Assembly (NCBI GenBank): GCA_904502235.1
Contig: CAJGDP010000006.1
Coordinates: 2,955-66,954, forward strand
Reading direction: 5' to 3'
Origin: an uncultured Bacteroidaceae bacterium
GTDB lineage: Bacteria > Bacteroidota > Bacteroidia > Bacteroidales > Bacteroidaceae
Length of the DNA: 64,000 bases
The position numbers and the translations under genes are program-made. The notes under the pieces were generated by a model that saw only the letters and a program-made list of their open reading frames with translations, searched no databases and was not told where the DNA came from. This document shows, piece after piece, positions 1-8,631 of the stretch (position 1 is its first letter; each line of letters starts with the position of its first letter).

Positions 1-1
1 A

Positions 2-760
2 GTTGATGCAGCTCCTGCATTGACAAAGCCTACAGGCTCTAATATCAATGTTGATGCTGAACTTGCTGAGTTGACATTCGAATTCGATACAAACATCGCA
101 TTTGCAGAGGGTGCTGCTCAGACAATCAATGTATACAATGGTACTGAGGTTGCCGGTGTTGCTACTGCTACAATCGCTGAGAATGTATTGACTTTGACTC
201 TTGCAGAGGCTATCGCTCCTGAGGCTACAACAAAGTATACAGTTGATCTTCCTGCAAACTGGATTGTTAAGGCTGGTACAGACAAGGCGTTCGCTGGTAA
301 GACATTCACAGTTACTGTTAAGGTTCCATTCGTTGTTACAAACATATCACCTGCTGACGGTAGCGAGGTAGAGGCACTCGAGAGCATCGTAGTTGAGTTC
401 AATGATAATGTAGACTCTTACAATACAGGTAAGCTCGTGCTTGTAAATACTGCTGATGACAGCGAGATTGCTCTTACTGCTACAATTGACGGTAAGGTAC
501 TTACACTTGTTCCAGCAGCTACTGTTTACAATGGCACTTACAAATTGAAGGGACTGAATGGTCTTGTTAACAAGTCAGCGGCTCCTGTTGCTAATCCTTC
601 TGAGCCTGTATTCACAGTTGTTGGTACTTCTTCAGCTATCGACGGTGTTGATGCAGAGGCTGAGAACGCTGTAATCTACGACATCACAGGCCGTCGTGTT
701 AACGAGATTACAAAGGGTGGTATCTATATCATCAATGGTGTAAAAAAGCTTGTTAAGTAA
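2..760 (+). CDS. T9SS-secreted surface protein with tandem Ig-like (SbsA/Big_5-type) modules; 5-prime end cut by the window edge
   Basis: The reading frame of ORF 20..760 stays open to the left edge. It has two Ig-like modules (e.g. VTNISPADGSEVEALESIVVEFNDNV). The C-terminus ...VIYDITGRRVNEITKGGIYIINGVKKLVK is the signature of a Por/T9SS C-terminal sorting domain. Confidence 0.7.
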   Translation, partial: VDAAPALTKPTGSNINVDAELAELTFEFDTNIAFAEGAAQTINVYNGTEVAGVATATIAENVLTLTLAEAIAPEATTKYTVDLPANWIVKAGTDKAFAGKTFTVTVKVPFVVTNISPADGSEVEALESIVVEFNDNVDSYNTGKLVLVNTADDSEIALTATIDGKVLTLVPAATVYNGTYKLKGLNGLVNKSAAPVANPSEPVFTVVGTSSAIDGVDAEAENAVIYDITGRRVNEITKGGIYIINGVKKLVK

Positions 761-786
761 TTAACTGATAAAGCTTATATGAATGG

Positions 787-820
787 CAGTGGAGGGCATA
801 TGCTCTCCACTGTTTTTTTT
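787..820 (+). terminator. Rho-independent terminator
   Basis: Stem cagtggag (787-794) pairs with ctccactg (805-812) and is followed by T8 (813-820), about 27 nt after the stop codon. Confidence 0.7.
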
Positions 821-894
821 GTACAACGGGTATAAATTAAAACTGCTGTCTTATAATGTCTGCTGTTTTTTTTGAATAGCATATGTTTTTTGTG

Positions 895-902
895 TAATTT
901 TG
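895..902 (+). promoter_or_regulatory. Bacteroidetes sigma-A -7 box (TAnnTTTG)
   Basis: taattttg matches the TAnnTTTG consensus exactly, 57 nt upstream of the ATG at 959. Confidence 0.5.
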
Positions 903-958
903 CATTGAAATAATAGATATTATATAATTTACATACAGAATAACTTAATTTTTTGCTT

Positions 959-2329
959 ATGAGAAAATTTACACTTTTCTTGTCGTTATTTGTTGCTTTT
1001 ATAACTGTAACAGCTAACGAAGTTACTGCTCAAACTCTTAACCAGACAGTTGTATTCGACTTTGCAAACAATGTTTGGGGTATCCCTGGGTATGACATGG
1101 TTAACTTCCGCGGCGTAAAGACTGCAGAAACATACACAGATGGTGAAAATAGTGTCACTATTAATCCAAAAGCGAATAAGGGTGAATTCTACTACGAGAA
1201 CGGTTATCTGCGCATTGCAAAACCAGGTTCAAAAATCGTTCTTCCTGAATTCGGCTTTGCTGTTGAGAAGATTGAGGTTGTAGGACACCCTTCTGCAACA
1301 TCTTATCCTAATGTTGATATGAATGTATATGTTGGAAACACAGCAGTAAGTACTGCTTGTAAAGGCTCTACGGGAACATACACATACGAGATTGCTGCTG
1401 ATAATCAGGCTGCAGGTAATGTTTATGAACTTGTTATCGGTTCTAATGGTGGTGACTACTCAAGCGTTATGTTTATCACATATATTAAGGTGTATCCTGC
1501 CGATAATAAGCTCGAGGCTCCTGCTATCGACCTTGCAAGCGGTGTATATGTTGGTGAGCAGACTGTAAACGTACACTCTGTTACAGCAGACATCGAGGGT
1601 GTTACAGACGTTATATATTACTACACAACCGACGGCAACGAACCTACATCGGAGGACGAGGAGACCGATGGTGAAATCATCATCAGCGAGAGCTGCACAC
1701 TTAAGGTTGTTGTGGAGCTTACATACGGCGATAAGACATATGTAAGTTCTTCTACAAGCGCTGAGTATATCATCACCGAGGAGGCTACATGTAATAGAGC
1801 GGCTGTTGTTGGGGCCGGTAATTATTTCCTTGTTGCTGATGGCTATGTTGCCGCTCCTATCGAGGGAACATCACTCCCAGTTGTTGAGGCGACTGTAGAG
1901 GGCGACAACGTAACAGCTCCTGTTTACTATGCTATAACACTCGAGGAGGCTACAGGTGGTTACTACATCAAGGATGTGAACGGCAACTATGTTTACAACA
2001 CTATGATGACTCCACACAGGCTTTCAAGCAACACTTATGCTCCAACAGATGTTTGGGAAATAGAAATTGCCGATGACTGCACTGCTACAATCGCTTGCAA
2101 CGGCTACGTTCTTGCATTCTTGAACGGTGTATTCTGCACAGTGGATCCTAATGGTACTGAGACATTTGTTCTACCTACATTATATGGTGTACAGGCTACT
2201 GGTATAAACGGTGTTGTTGTAAACGGTGAGGCAATAGAGAGCATCTTCGACATCACTGGTCGCAAGGTTGAGAAGATTACCAAGTCTGGTATCTACATTG
2301 TAAACGGTAAGAAGGTTCTTGTAAAGTAA
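959..2329 (+). CDS. T9SS-secreted protein with a chitobiase/beta-hexosaminidase C-terminal-like (CHB_HEX_C) module
   Basis: I take the ATG at 959, which gives signal peptide MRKFTLFLSLFVAFITVTANEVTAQ; the track start at 953 is TTG. The segment GVYVGEQTVNVHS...VIYYYTTDGNEPTS...CTLKVV is typical of CHB_HEX_C. The C-terminus IFDITGRKVEKITKSGIYIVNGKKVLVK is a T9SS sorting domain. Confidence 0.75.
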   Translation: MRKFTLFLSLFVAFITVTANEVTAQTLNQTVVFDFANNVWGIPGYDMVNFRGVKTAETYTDGENSVTINPKANKGEFYYENGYLRIAKPGSKIVLPEFGFAVEKIEVVGHPSATSYPNVDMNVYVGNTAVSTACKGSTGTYTYEIAADNQAAGNVYELVIGSNGGDYSSVMFITYIKVYPADNKLEAPAIDLASGVYVGEQTVNVHSVTADIEGVTDVIYYYTTDGNEPTSEDEETDGEIIISESCTLKVVVELTYGDKTYVSSSTSAEYIITEEATCNRAAVVGAGNYFLVADGYVAAPIEGTSLPVVEATVEGDNVTAPVYYAITLEEATGGYYIKDVNGNYVYNTMMTPHRLSSNTYAPTDVWEIEIADDCTATIACNGYVLAFLNGVFCTVDPNGTETFVLPTLYGVQATGINGVVVNGEAIESIFDITGRKVEKITKSGIYIVNGKKVLVK

Positions 2330-2368
2330 TCTGTTCTATAAGGTAACTTTTAACCTATAATATTTACT

Positions 2369-2401
2369 CATCGGGGAGCGTTTGCTCTCCGATGTTTTTT
2401 T
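2369..2401 (+). terminator. Rho-independent terminator
   Basis: catcggggagc (2369-2379) pairs with gctctccgatg (2384-2394) with one G.T pair, followed by T7. Confidence 0.75.
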
Positions 2402-2420
2402 ATGTATGTTCTTTATCTAA

Positions 2421-2908
2421 CTTTTTGGGCGCAAAAAGTTACAAAAACGCCCGGCACAGTTTCGCAAGTCGCTCAAGGCTCTTGTTTGTGCCACGTAGTG
2501 AGCACTCATTCGCCTTTCGTTTGCCGAGAGTGTCTTTACGTTCTAATCTCGGGAACGGGGTAACTCGCTTTCAATGAATAACCATTCACTATATTAACCA
2601 ACGCTCAGACATCCCCCGTTCTTTTCCTCGATTGAAACTAACACTCTCTGTTGCTCAAATAGTGCCGGTGGTTCTAAAAGAATACTCTCGCATAAATCGC
2701 ACCGATAAAAGCAGAGTGAAAAGCCGAATGTTTTTGGGCCATTGTGCGAGGCTGTTTGAACGTAGCTCGAGTATAAATTTTCCTATATAGTCGCGCGAAG
2801 TGAGTTCCGCAGCACCCCAAAAACATGAGAAAGCTTTGAACGGCAAGCGAAGCGACTGCTTTTTGCGCGCGCAAAGCTCTTTGGTACTTTCTGTCGTACA
2901 GAAAGTAC
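2421..2908. repeat. Cluster of palindromic/hairpin-forming units in an ORF-free spacer
   Basis: Local palindromes lie at 2421-2438 (ctttttg/caaaaag), 2858-2877 (gctttttgcgcgcgcaaagc) and 2884-2908 (a perfect 10-bp stem, gtactttctg/cagaaagtac). Co-linear inverted pairs are 2526-2533/2641-2648 (gagagtgt/acactctc) and 2553-2560/2614-2621 (gaacgggg/ccccgttc). The only ORFs here are short, overlap on both strands, and are Arg/Ser/Phe/Cys-rich. Confidence 0.5.
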
Positions 2909-2954
2909 AAGGACTTTCCGCTTGAAAAAGTGTAAACGGTGTGCGGATAGGATA

Positions 2955-2992
2955 CAAAAAATGGGACTGCAACCTGCTGGTTGCAATCCCAT
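2955..2992 (-). terminator. Rho-independent terminator of ppiD
   Basis: On the minus strand, atgggattgcaacc pairs with ggttgcagtcccat (plus-strand 2961-2992) and is followed by T6 (plus-strand A-run 2956-2961). Confidence 0.7.
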
Positions 2993-3015
2993 TTCTATTG
3001 TGCTTTAAGTGTTTC

Positions 3016-5223
3016 TTAGAAGAAACGGAAGAGTTTGTTCTCTATTGGATAAACTTCCTGCAAGCCCATCTGATAGAGCTGACCTACGATGTTTGAGTAG
3101 TTGTACATGCCACCGTTTGAGAGGATGTATTCGTTCTCTTTCTTTTCGTCGTAGACACCGTTCTTTGCGTTCTTGCCGACAACTGAAATAACGTAAACAC
3201 CGTTGTCACCCTTGATTGGTGCGCTTACGTCGCTTACTGCCATCTTTGATGCTACTACGCCAAGGATAGGCTCGTCTACATTGAGTGTTGAGATGTGTGT
3301 AGGCTTCTTGAACTCTACCATGTTCACTCTTGTTACCTGTGCCTTGTTGTTGCCCTTAACTGCGTTGAAGTCCTTACCTGCGAGCTCTGATGTAATCATC
3401 TCGGCTTTCTTGTCGAGTACAAGGCGGCTCTTGATGATGTCGCGGAGTGTTGTGCCGTAGTTGTTGATCTCTTTGTCGAGTGCTACATAGCCCTTGTTGT
3501 TTACGCTTGTTACAGCTACAAACAAAAGGTATTCGTTACCGCACTCTTCGATGCCTGAGAACTCACCTGCTTTTCTCTCTTCGTCGAGAACCCATTTAAC
3601 AACGTTGCCTGTCTGTGGGATGTTGTTGATGTTTCTTGTGTAAGCGTTAACGTCGTTCAACTTCTGTACGCGGTAGCCGCTTGCCATAGCTTTGCTCTCG
3701 ATGTCCTGAACGGTGCTGCAGTCGGCGATGAACTGGCTGAGCTTGTTGTATGCTGCCTCGTATGTGTCGTTGCTGAATGCGATTTCTCTCTTTACAACTG
3801 CGAGGTTATATACGTTGTTGCTACCTTTCTTGTTGATTACCTGGAAGATGAGCTTGCCGGGGATTGTCTTGAAGTCTGCTGCTGCGTATACGCCTGTCTT
3901 TGCGCTGTAGATTGCCTTCTGTGTCTCTGCGTTGTCGATGATTCCTGCTGCATAGAACTCTTTTGATGTCATCCAGAGTGAATCTACGTGTGCATAGTTC
4001 TTTGCAATCTCCTTGAAGTTGCTGTTCTTTGCCTTCAAGAGATTCAAAAGGCTGTCGGTTGTTGCCTCTACCTCTTCGGCTGATGTGCTGTTCACTACGA
4101 TTGCACGTACGAGCAATGAGTCGGGAGCAGTTGTCTTCTCTGTTGTCATGAACAGGTTATATGTGTTGTCCGAAGGGTTGATGTAAGGACCTACAACTTC
4201 GTTTACGTTTGCCTGCTCGATACGTACCTGGATATCCTCGGGGAATGTCTCCTTTGCCCAGAGAAGGTCGTTGTACTCGAATTCGCTCTGTGCCATGCGT
4301 GCGAGACGGTCGTAGTCTTTCTCACCGTTCTTGAGTGCATCGGCATATTCGTTCATCTGTGCAAGGAGTGCCTGTTTGTCCTCGTTGCTTGGTGTTACCT
4401 TTACGCTGATGTACTTGATGTCGCGTGAGTCTTCCAACTGCTCGTAGAAGTACTTCTTGTTTGCGTTGTAGTATGCTTCAATCTCCTTGTCGCTTACGTT
4501 CACCAATGAGTCTTCGATTGAAGTGTAGGGGAATGCCGCTACTTCGAGGTTGTATGAGTTGTCGTTCAACTCGAAGTTCTTCTTTGCAAGTACTGGGTTT
4601 GCGATAGTTGCGTTCTCGATGAGCTTGACCTGCTTGTTGGTGAGTGCCTCGAGCATAACTCGCTTTTCGATGTACTTCCAGCATGTGTGGAGTGCCGCAA
4701 GGTTTGAGTCGTACTGTCCGCCGTCGCTCATCATCTGGTGGTATGCCGCGATGATTTCGTTCAGGCTCTCAACGTCAAAACCTGCCTGTGTGCGGAATGG
4801 GTGGTAAGTGTTGTTTACATAGTTGCAGGCATTGTTCTCCAAGAGGTCAATGATTTCCTCGTAAGTAACTGTGATGCCAAGCTCTTTAGCCTGCTTCTCT
4901 GCCACTGCCAACTGTGTGAATACGCTCCAAGCCTCTTCTTTGATGTAAGCAAGCTCTGTCTCTGTGAAAGCTGCTGAACGCTGCTCGTCAGAAAGACGTG
5001 GGTCGCTCATCTTGAAAAGTCTCTGTGCTGTCTCACACTCGTTGTACACTTCCTGAAAGTCCTGTGCTGAAAGCTTGTCGCCGTCAACTGTTCCTACGGT
5101 TGCTTCCATAGCGTCAGACTGGAATAATCTCCAAGCATCACCTGCGATGAACGCAAATAATGCAAGACCCACAAAGATTACAAGTAGTGGGCCCATGTTG
5201 CGCAATTTTTGTAATGTTGCCAT
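3016..5223 (-). CDS. ppiD: Periplasmic chaperone / peptidyl-prolyl isomerase, PpiD-like (SurA-N-type)
   Basis: 735 aa. It has an N-terminal membrane anchor (GPLLVIFVGLALFAFIAGDAW) followed by a long periplasmic chaperone-like region. Length and position match the PpiD-type protein found next to the gldE-like gene in Bacteroidetes. Confidence 0.75.
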   Translation of the reverse strand: MATLQKLRNMGPLLVIFVGLALFAFIAGDAWRLFQSDAMEATVGTVDGDKLSAQDFQEVYNECETAQRLFKMSDPRLSDEQRSAAFTETELAYIKEEAWSVFTQLAVAEKQAKELGITVTYEEIIDLLENNACNYVNNTYHPFRTQAGFDVESLNEIIAAYHQMMSDGGQYDSNLAALHTCWKYIEKRVMLEALTNKQVKLIENATIANPVLAKKNFELNDNSYNLEVAAFPYTSIEDSLVNVSDKEIEAYYNANKKYFYEQLEDSRDIKYISVKVTPSNEDKQALLAQMNEYADALKNGEKDYDRLARMAQSEFEYNDLLWAKETFPEDIQVRIEQANVNEVVGPYINPSDNTYNLFMTTEKTTAPDSLLVRAIVVNSTSAEEVEATTDSLLNLLKAKNSNFKEIAKNYAHVDSLWMTSKEFYAAGIIDNAETQKAIYSAKTGVYAAADFKTIPGKLIFQVINKKGSNNVYNLAVVKREIAFSNDTYEAAYNKLSQFIADCSTVQDIESKAMASGYRVQKLNDVNAYTRNINNIPQTGNVVKWVLDEERKAGEFSGIEECGNEYLLFVAVTSVNNKGYVALDKEINNYGTTLRDIIKSRLVLDKKAEMITSELAGKDFNAVKGNNKAQVTRVNMVEFKKPTHISTLNVDEPILGVVASKMAVSDVSAPIKGDNGVYVISVVGKNAKNGVYDEKKENEYILSNGGMYNYSNIVGQLYQMGLQEVYPIENKLFRFF

Positions 5224-5265
5224 AATCTAATATTTTGTTTGTTTTGTTTTTTGCGTTAAACTTTG

Positions 5266-5273
5266 CGAAGATA
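5266..5273 (-). promoter_or_regulatory. -7 promoter box for ppiD
   Basis: The minus strand reads tatcttcg (TAnnTTCG, one mismatch to TAnnTTTG), about 43 nt upstream of the ATG at 5223. Confidence 0.45.
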
Positions 5274-5359
5274 GTAAAAAGCTTTTGAATTCTTGCTATA
5301 AACAAGGTATAAAATAAAGCAAAAGAGCGCATAAAATGCACTCTTTTGCTTTATTTTTG

Positions 5360-6619
5360 TCATTTCAGCTGTGTCAGCTTTACGAGTTCTATCTTTGTGC
5401 TGTTCTGTTTGATGGTCTGTATCCTGAAGTCGCCTATGGTGATGGATTCGTTCAGCTGGGGGAATCGCTGGTGATGGGCGAGGATGAAACCTCCTAATGT
5501 CTGATAGTTGTCCGATTCGGGGATGCCGAGGTCGAATATTTCGTTTATGCGTTCTATCTCCAGACGGCCCGAAAGCAGATACTCTTTGTTGCCCAGTGAT
5601 TTGGCTATGAGGTTGGGGTTGTCGTGTTCATCCTCAATCTCGCCGATAATCTCTTCTACAAGGTCTTCGAGTGATACTATGCCCGATGTTCCGCCGAACT
5701 CGTCTATTACTACGGCAAGGGATTTCTTCTGCTGCATGAGTGTCTTCATGAGTTTCTGTGCCGAGAGGGTTTCGGGTACGAATGGCATCTTGCATATCTT
5801 CTGCTGCCATTTCTTGCCCATGCGGAATAGCTCGGATGAGTGTATGTAGCCTATTATGTTGTCGATATTGTCCTTGAATACCACAATCTTGGAGTGTCCC
5901 GACTCTATGAACACCGACTTGAGTTCGCTTAGCGGGGTGTTTACTTCCACTGCTTCAATCTCGGTACGTGGCACAAGGCAGTCGCGTACTTTGATGTTGG
6001 AGAAATCGAGGGCGTTCTGGAATATGAGCACGTCGTTGTCGATGGTCTCTTCCTCTTCTTCGGCATTCTCTATCGATGTCTGTATCAGGTGATTGAGTTC
6101 GCGCTTCGAAAAGGTGGTGTCGCGTTCTTCGTCCTTTATCTTTATGCCGAGGATGCGTAACAGGAAGGTTGAACAGAGTGTGGTGAAACGCGATAGAGGG
6201 TAGAGCAGTATGTACAACGGGTATGTTATTATTGAAAACCTCTTTAGGGAACGGTTTGGGTTTATTCTGAAGAGTGCCTTTGGCACGAATTCGCCTGTGA
6301 GGATTATCACGAGGGTTGATATTATTGTCTCGAGCAACAGTGAATTGGCGTCGCTGAATCCGTGGAGTATGGTCTTGTTCAGCAACTCTGCCATGAGCAT
6401 ACCGTAGATTACAAGCACTATGTTGTTGCCTACAAGCAGGCTGGAAATGAAGTTGTTGCTGTTGGAGTAGAACTTGTTGATTATGTATGATGTGGTGGAG
6501 CGTTCGTTGAGGTCGATACCCAACAGCAGTTTGTTGGACGATACGAAGGCTATCTCCATGCCGGAAAAGAGCGCGGAGAACATTATTACTATAATCAGTT
6601 CAAGTATCAGTTCTAACAT
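5360..6619 (-). CDS. CNNM/DUF21-CBS-CorC_HlyC family membrane protein (hemolysin-like, GldE-like)
   Basis: The N-terminus has four TM segments, followed by a CBS pair and the hallmark AVVIDEFGGTSGIVSLEDLVEEIIGEIEDEHD. Confidence 0.85.
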   Translation of the reverse strand: MLELILELIIVIMFSALFSGMEIAFVSSNKLLLGIDLNERSTTSYIINKFYSNSNNFISSLLVGNNIVLVIYGMLMAELLNKTILHGFSDANSLLLETIISTLVIILTGEFVPKALFRINPNRSLKRFSIITYPLYILLYPLSRFTTLCSTFLLRILGIKIKDEERDTTFSKRELNHLIQTSIENAEEEEETIDNDVLIFQNALDFSNIKVRDCLVPRTEIEAVEVNTPLSELKSVFIESGHSKIVVFKDNIDNIIGYIHSSELFRMGKKWQQKICKMPFVPETLSAQKLMKTLMQQKKSLAVVIDEFGGTSGIVSLEDLVEEIIGEIEDEHDNPNLIAKSLGNKEYLLSGRLEIERINEIFDLGIPESDNYQTLGGFILAHHQRFPQLNESITIGDFRIQTIKQNSTKIELVKLTQLK

Positions 6620-6622
6620 TTC

Positions 6623-7210
6623 TTATTCTTCTATTGTGTATATGCCTTTGGTGTTGTTTATCTGCCACACGGTAAGATTCTGGTCGGCTGAGAAGCCTAT
6701 GCCTTCGGTTACCTGGTGGTCGGCTTGTTCTATTCTTATGTAGGCGTCGGAATAGATTTTTTCTTTCTCCTGGTCCCAGTACATCAGCCGGGTGTGGAAT
6801 TTTTCGTCTTTGGCGTTCTTTATGTCTACGTTACCTATGAGTTTCCAGAGTTTCTGTTCGTTGTAGTAATATGCCGTGTCGCACTTTACTGTGGCTTCCA
6901 CGTTCATCTCTCTGTCGTATTTCTCAAGGTAGACGCCTTTCTCGAATGCCCAATGGGGCGGTTGGCGCTTGTCGTAGATGCGCCACTCGTCGGCGATTAT
7001 CTTGTAGCTTATGCGTCCGGAGTCGCTGACGATGGTATTTACGTCAAAGGTGCTCATTACTGCGATGGAGTCGCTGTGCTCTATGGCAAGCATCTTCTCA
7101 CCCGATTCGCCTTTGCACGATGAATGAAAAATCAGTACAACAACTGCCATGATGGCAATTGTTGTACCGTTTATAATCTGTCGTTTCTTATCTGATAGTA
7201 GTTGTCTCAT
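6623..7210 (-). CDS. lptC: LptC-like periplasmic LPS-export protein (tentative)
   Basis: 195 aa with a single N-terminal anchor (TTIAIMAVVVLIF) and a beta-rich body. It sits directly upstream of the CNNM/GldE-like gene, which is the usual LptC position in Bacteroidetes. Confidence 0.5.
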   Translation of the reverse strand: MRQLLSDKKRQIINGTTIAIMAVVVLIFHSSCKGESGEKMLAIEHSDSIAVMSTFDVNTIVSDSGRISYKIIADEWRIYDKRQPPHWAFEKGVYLEKYDREMNVEATVKCDTAYYYNEQKLWKLIGNVDIKNAKDEKFHTRLMYWDQEKEKIYSDAYIRIEQADHQVTEGIGFSADQNLTVWQINNTKGIYTIEE

Positions 7211-8609
7211 TTATCCAACCGCCAATGTTGATGGTCTGACCGCTCTTGTAGTTTCTCATGAACATTTCCTCGGCTTTGGGGAAATATTTCTTGTACATGG
7301 CGATATACTTGTCGGCCTCTTTCTTCACTGATGGGTCAACTGCTTTTGCACGCTCAAGACGGTCGATGCAGAGATAGTATGTACATGAGTTGAGTGTCTC
7401 GTCGTCGCACCAGTCGGGCTTTGTTGCGTAGCACTGTGCGATGAGGATGTGTGGAGCACCGAACTTTGAGTTCAACGACAATGCCTTCAAGGCATAGCTG
7501 CGTGCCTTCACATAGTTGCCGAGACTGTAGTATACGTTACCTACCTTGTTGCACAAGTCGGCCTTTGTGGTGATTGATGTCTCAAGCTCGATAGCCTGGT
7601 CGAACAACTCCATTGCCTTCTCGGTCTCGCCTCTCTTGAAGTAACGGAAACCGCAACCCATGGCTGCCTTTGATGTAGGCTCTATTGCAAGAGCGTACTC
7701 CGATGCTGTGAGGTATGCGTCCTGCTCGGTACACTTAAGCATACTCATAACCGAGATAACCTTGTTAAGGTATTCGAGGTTGTCCTTGTTCTCTTCGAGC
7801 TTGGTCATGTAGATGTTGTTGAGGTCCTCGCATGTTGCAGCACCGCTGTTGATGAAGTATGCGTCGATGTTGCTCTTTGAGATACGTGAAGCGTCAATCA
7901 TCTTGCCATAGTTCACTGCGTTGATGCTGTCCTTGGGGTTACCGCTCTCCTGGTAACGTGCGTTGCAAGCCTCGATGTTGTCGTGGTACTTGTCGAGAAC
8001 TTCCACAATGTAAACCGATGCGTTGAGGTAGTCCTCGATAATCTGCTCGCCGTGGCTCTGGTCTTTCTTGTACTTCATAGCAGAGTACTTCATGAAACGC
8101 TCTGTTACGGTGTACTCAGACATTCCCTGCTCCATCTCTACTGATGCTGCAAGCATGTTATAGATGGTGTCTACGGGTGCATCCTTGCGATACTGGATGT
8201 ATGCCATGGCTTTCTTGCCAAGGATGTTGCCGGCTGAAAGACGTGTCTTTGTGATTGCCTGCAATTTGTCGAGATACTTGATCTGGTTGTCATATACAAG
8301 CATGAGCTCGTTGATGTACTCCTCTTTTTTTACAGGGTCGCTCTCTTTCTTGATAAGCTCGGTAAGAATCTTTATACCGTTGGTGTAGGTATCGACACGT
8401 GCTACGGGGAACTCTGTGAATACTATTTTCCATGAGTCGTAAGCTGTGTTGAAGTCCTTGTTCTTTACGTTGATGCTTGAGATGCTGATTGCCTCAAGAC
8501 ATCTGATGCTGTCCTCGCCCTGTCCGAAACGGAATTCGTTGGTAACTCCGTTCTGTGCGCTTGCGCTTGATACTACAAGTACAAGCAGTGCAAAAAATAA
8601 TTTTTTCAT
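7188..8609 (-). CDS. Secreted TPR-repeat protein
   Basis: Signal peptide MKKLFFALLVLVVSSASAQ. Tetratricopeptide-like helical repeats are present (e.g. GNVYYSLGNYVKARSYALKALSLN, ETEKAMELFDQAIELE). It overlaps the lptC-like start by 23 nt. Confidence 0.6.
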   Translation of the reverse strand: MKKLFFALLVLVVSSASAQNGVTNEFRFGQGEDSIRCLEAISISSINVKNKDFNTAYDSWKIVFTEFPVARVDTYTNGIKILTELIKKESDPVKKEEYINELMLVYDNQIKYLDKLQAITKTRLSAGNILGKKAMAYIQYRKDAPVDTIYNMLAASVEMEQGMSEYTVTERFMKYSAMKYKKDQSHGEQIIEDYLNASVYIVEVLDKYHDNIEACNARYQESGNPKDSINAVNYGKMIDASRISKSNIDAYFINSGAATCEDLNNIYMTKLEENKDNLEYLNKVISVMSMLKCTEQDAYLTASEYALAIEPTSKAAMGCGFRYFKRGETEKAMELFDQAIELETSITTKADLCNKVGNVYYSLGNYVKARSYALKALSLNSKFGAPHILIAQCYATKPDWCDDETLNSCTYYLCIDRLERAKAVDPSVKKEADKYIAMYKKYFPKAEEMFMRNYKSGQTINIGGWINETTTIR

Positions 8610-8631
8610 CTCTCTAATTGTTCTATTTTGT

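Noticed and set aside
2392-3191. Five short ORFs (60-105 aa) on both strands in the 2.4-3.0 kb spacer and at the ppiD 3-prime end
   Set aside because: They overlap one another, have Arg/Ser/Cys/Phe-rich composition, and have no start-site context. The region is better explained as non-coding repeat or hairpin DNA (see finding).
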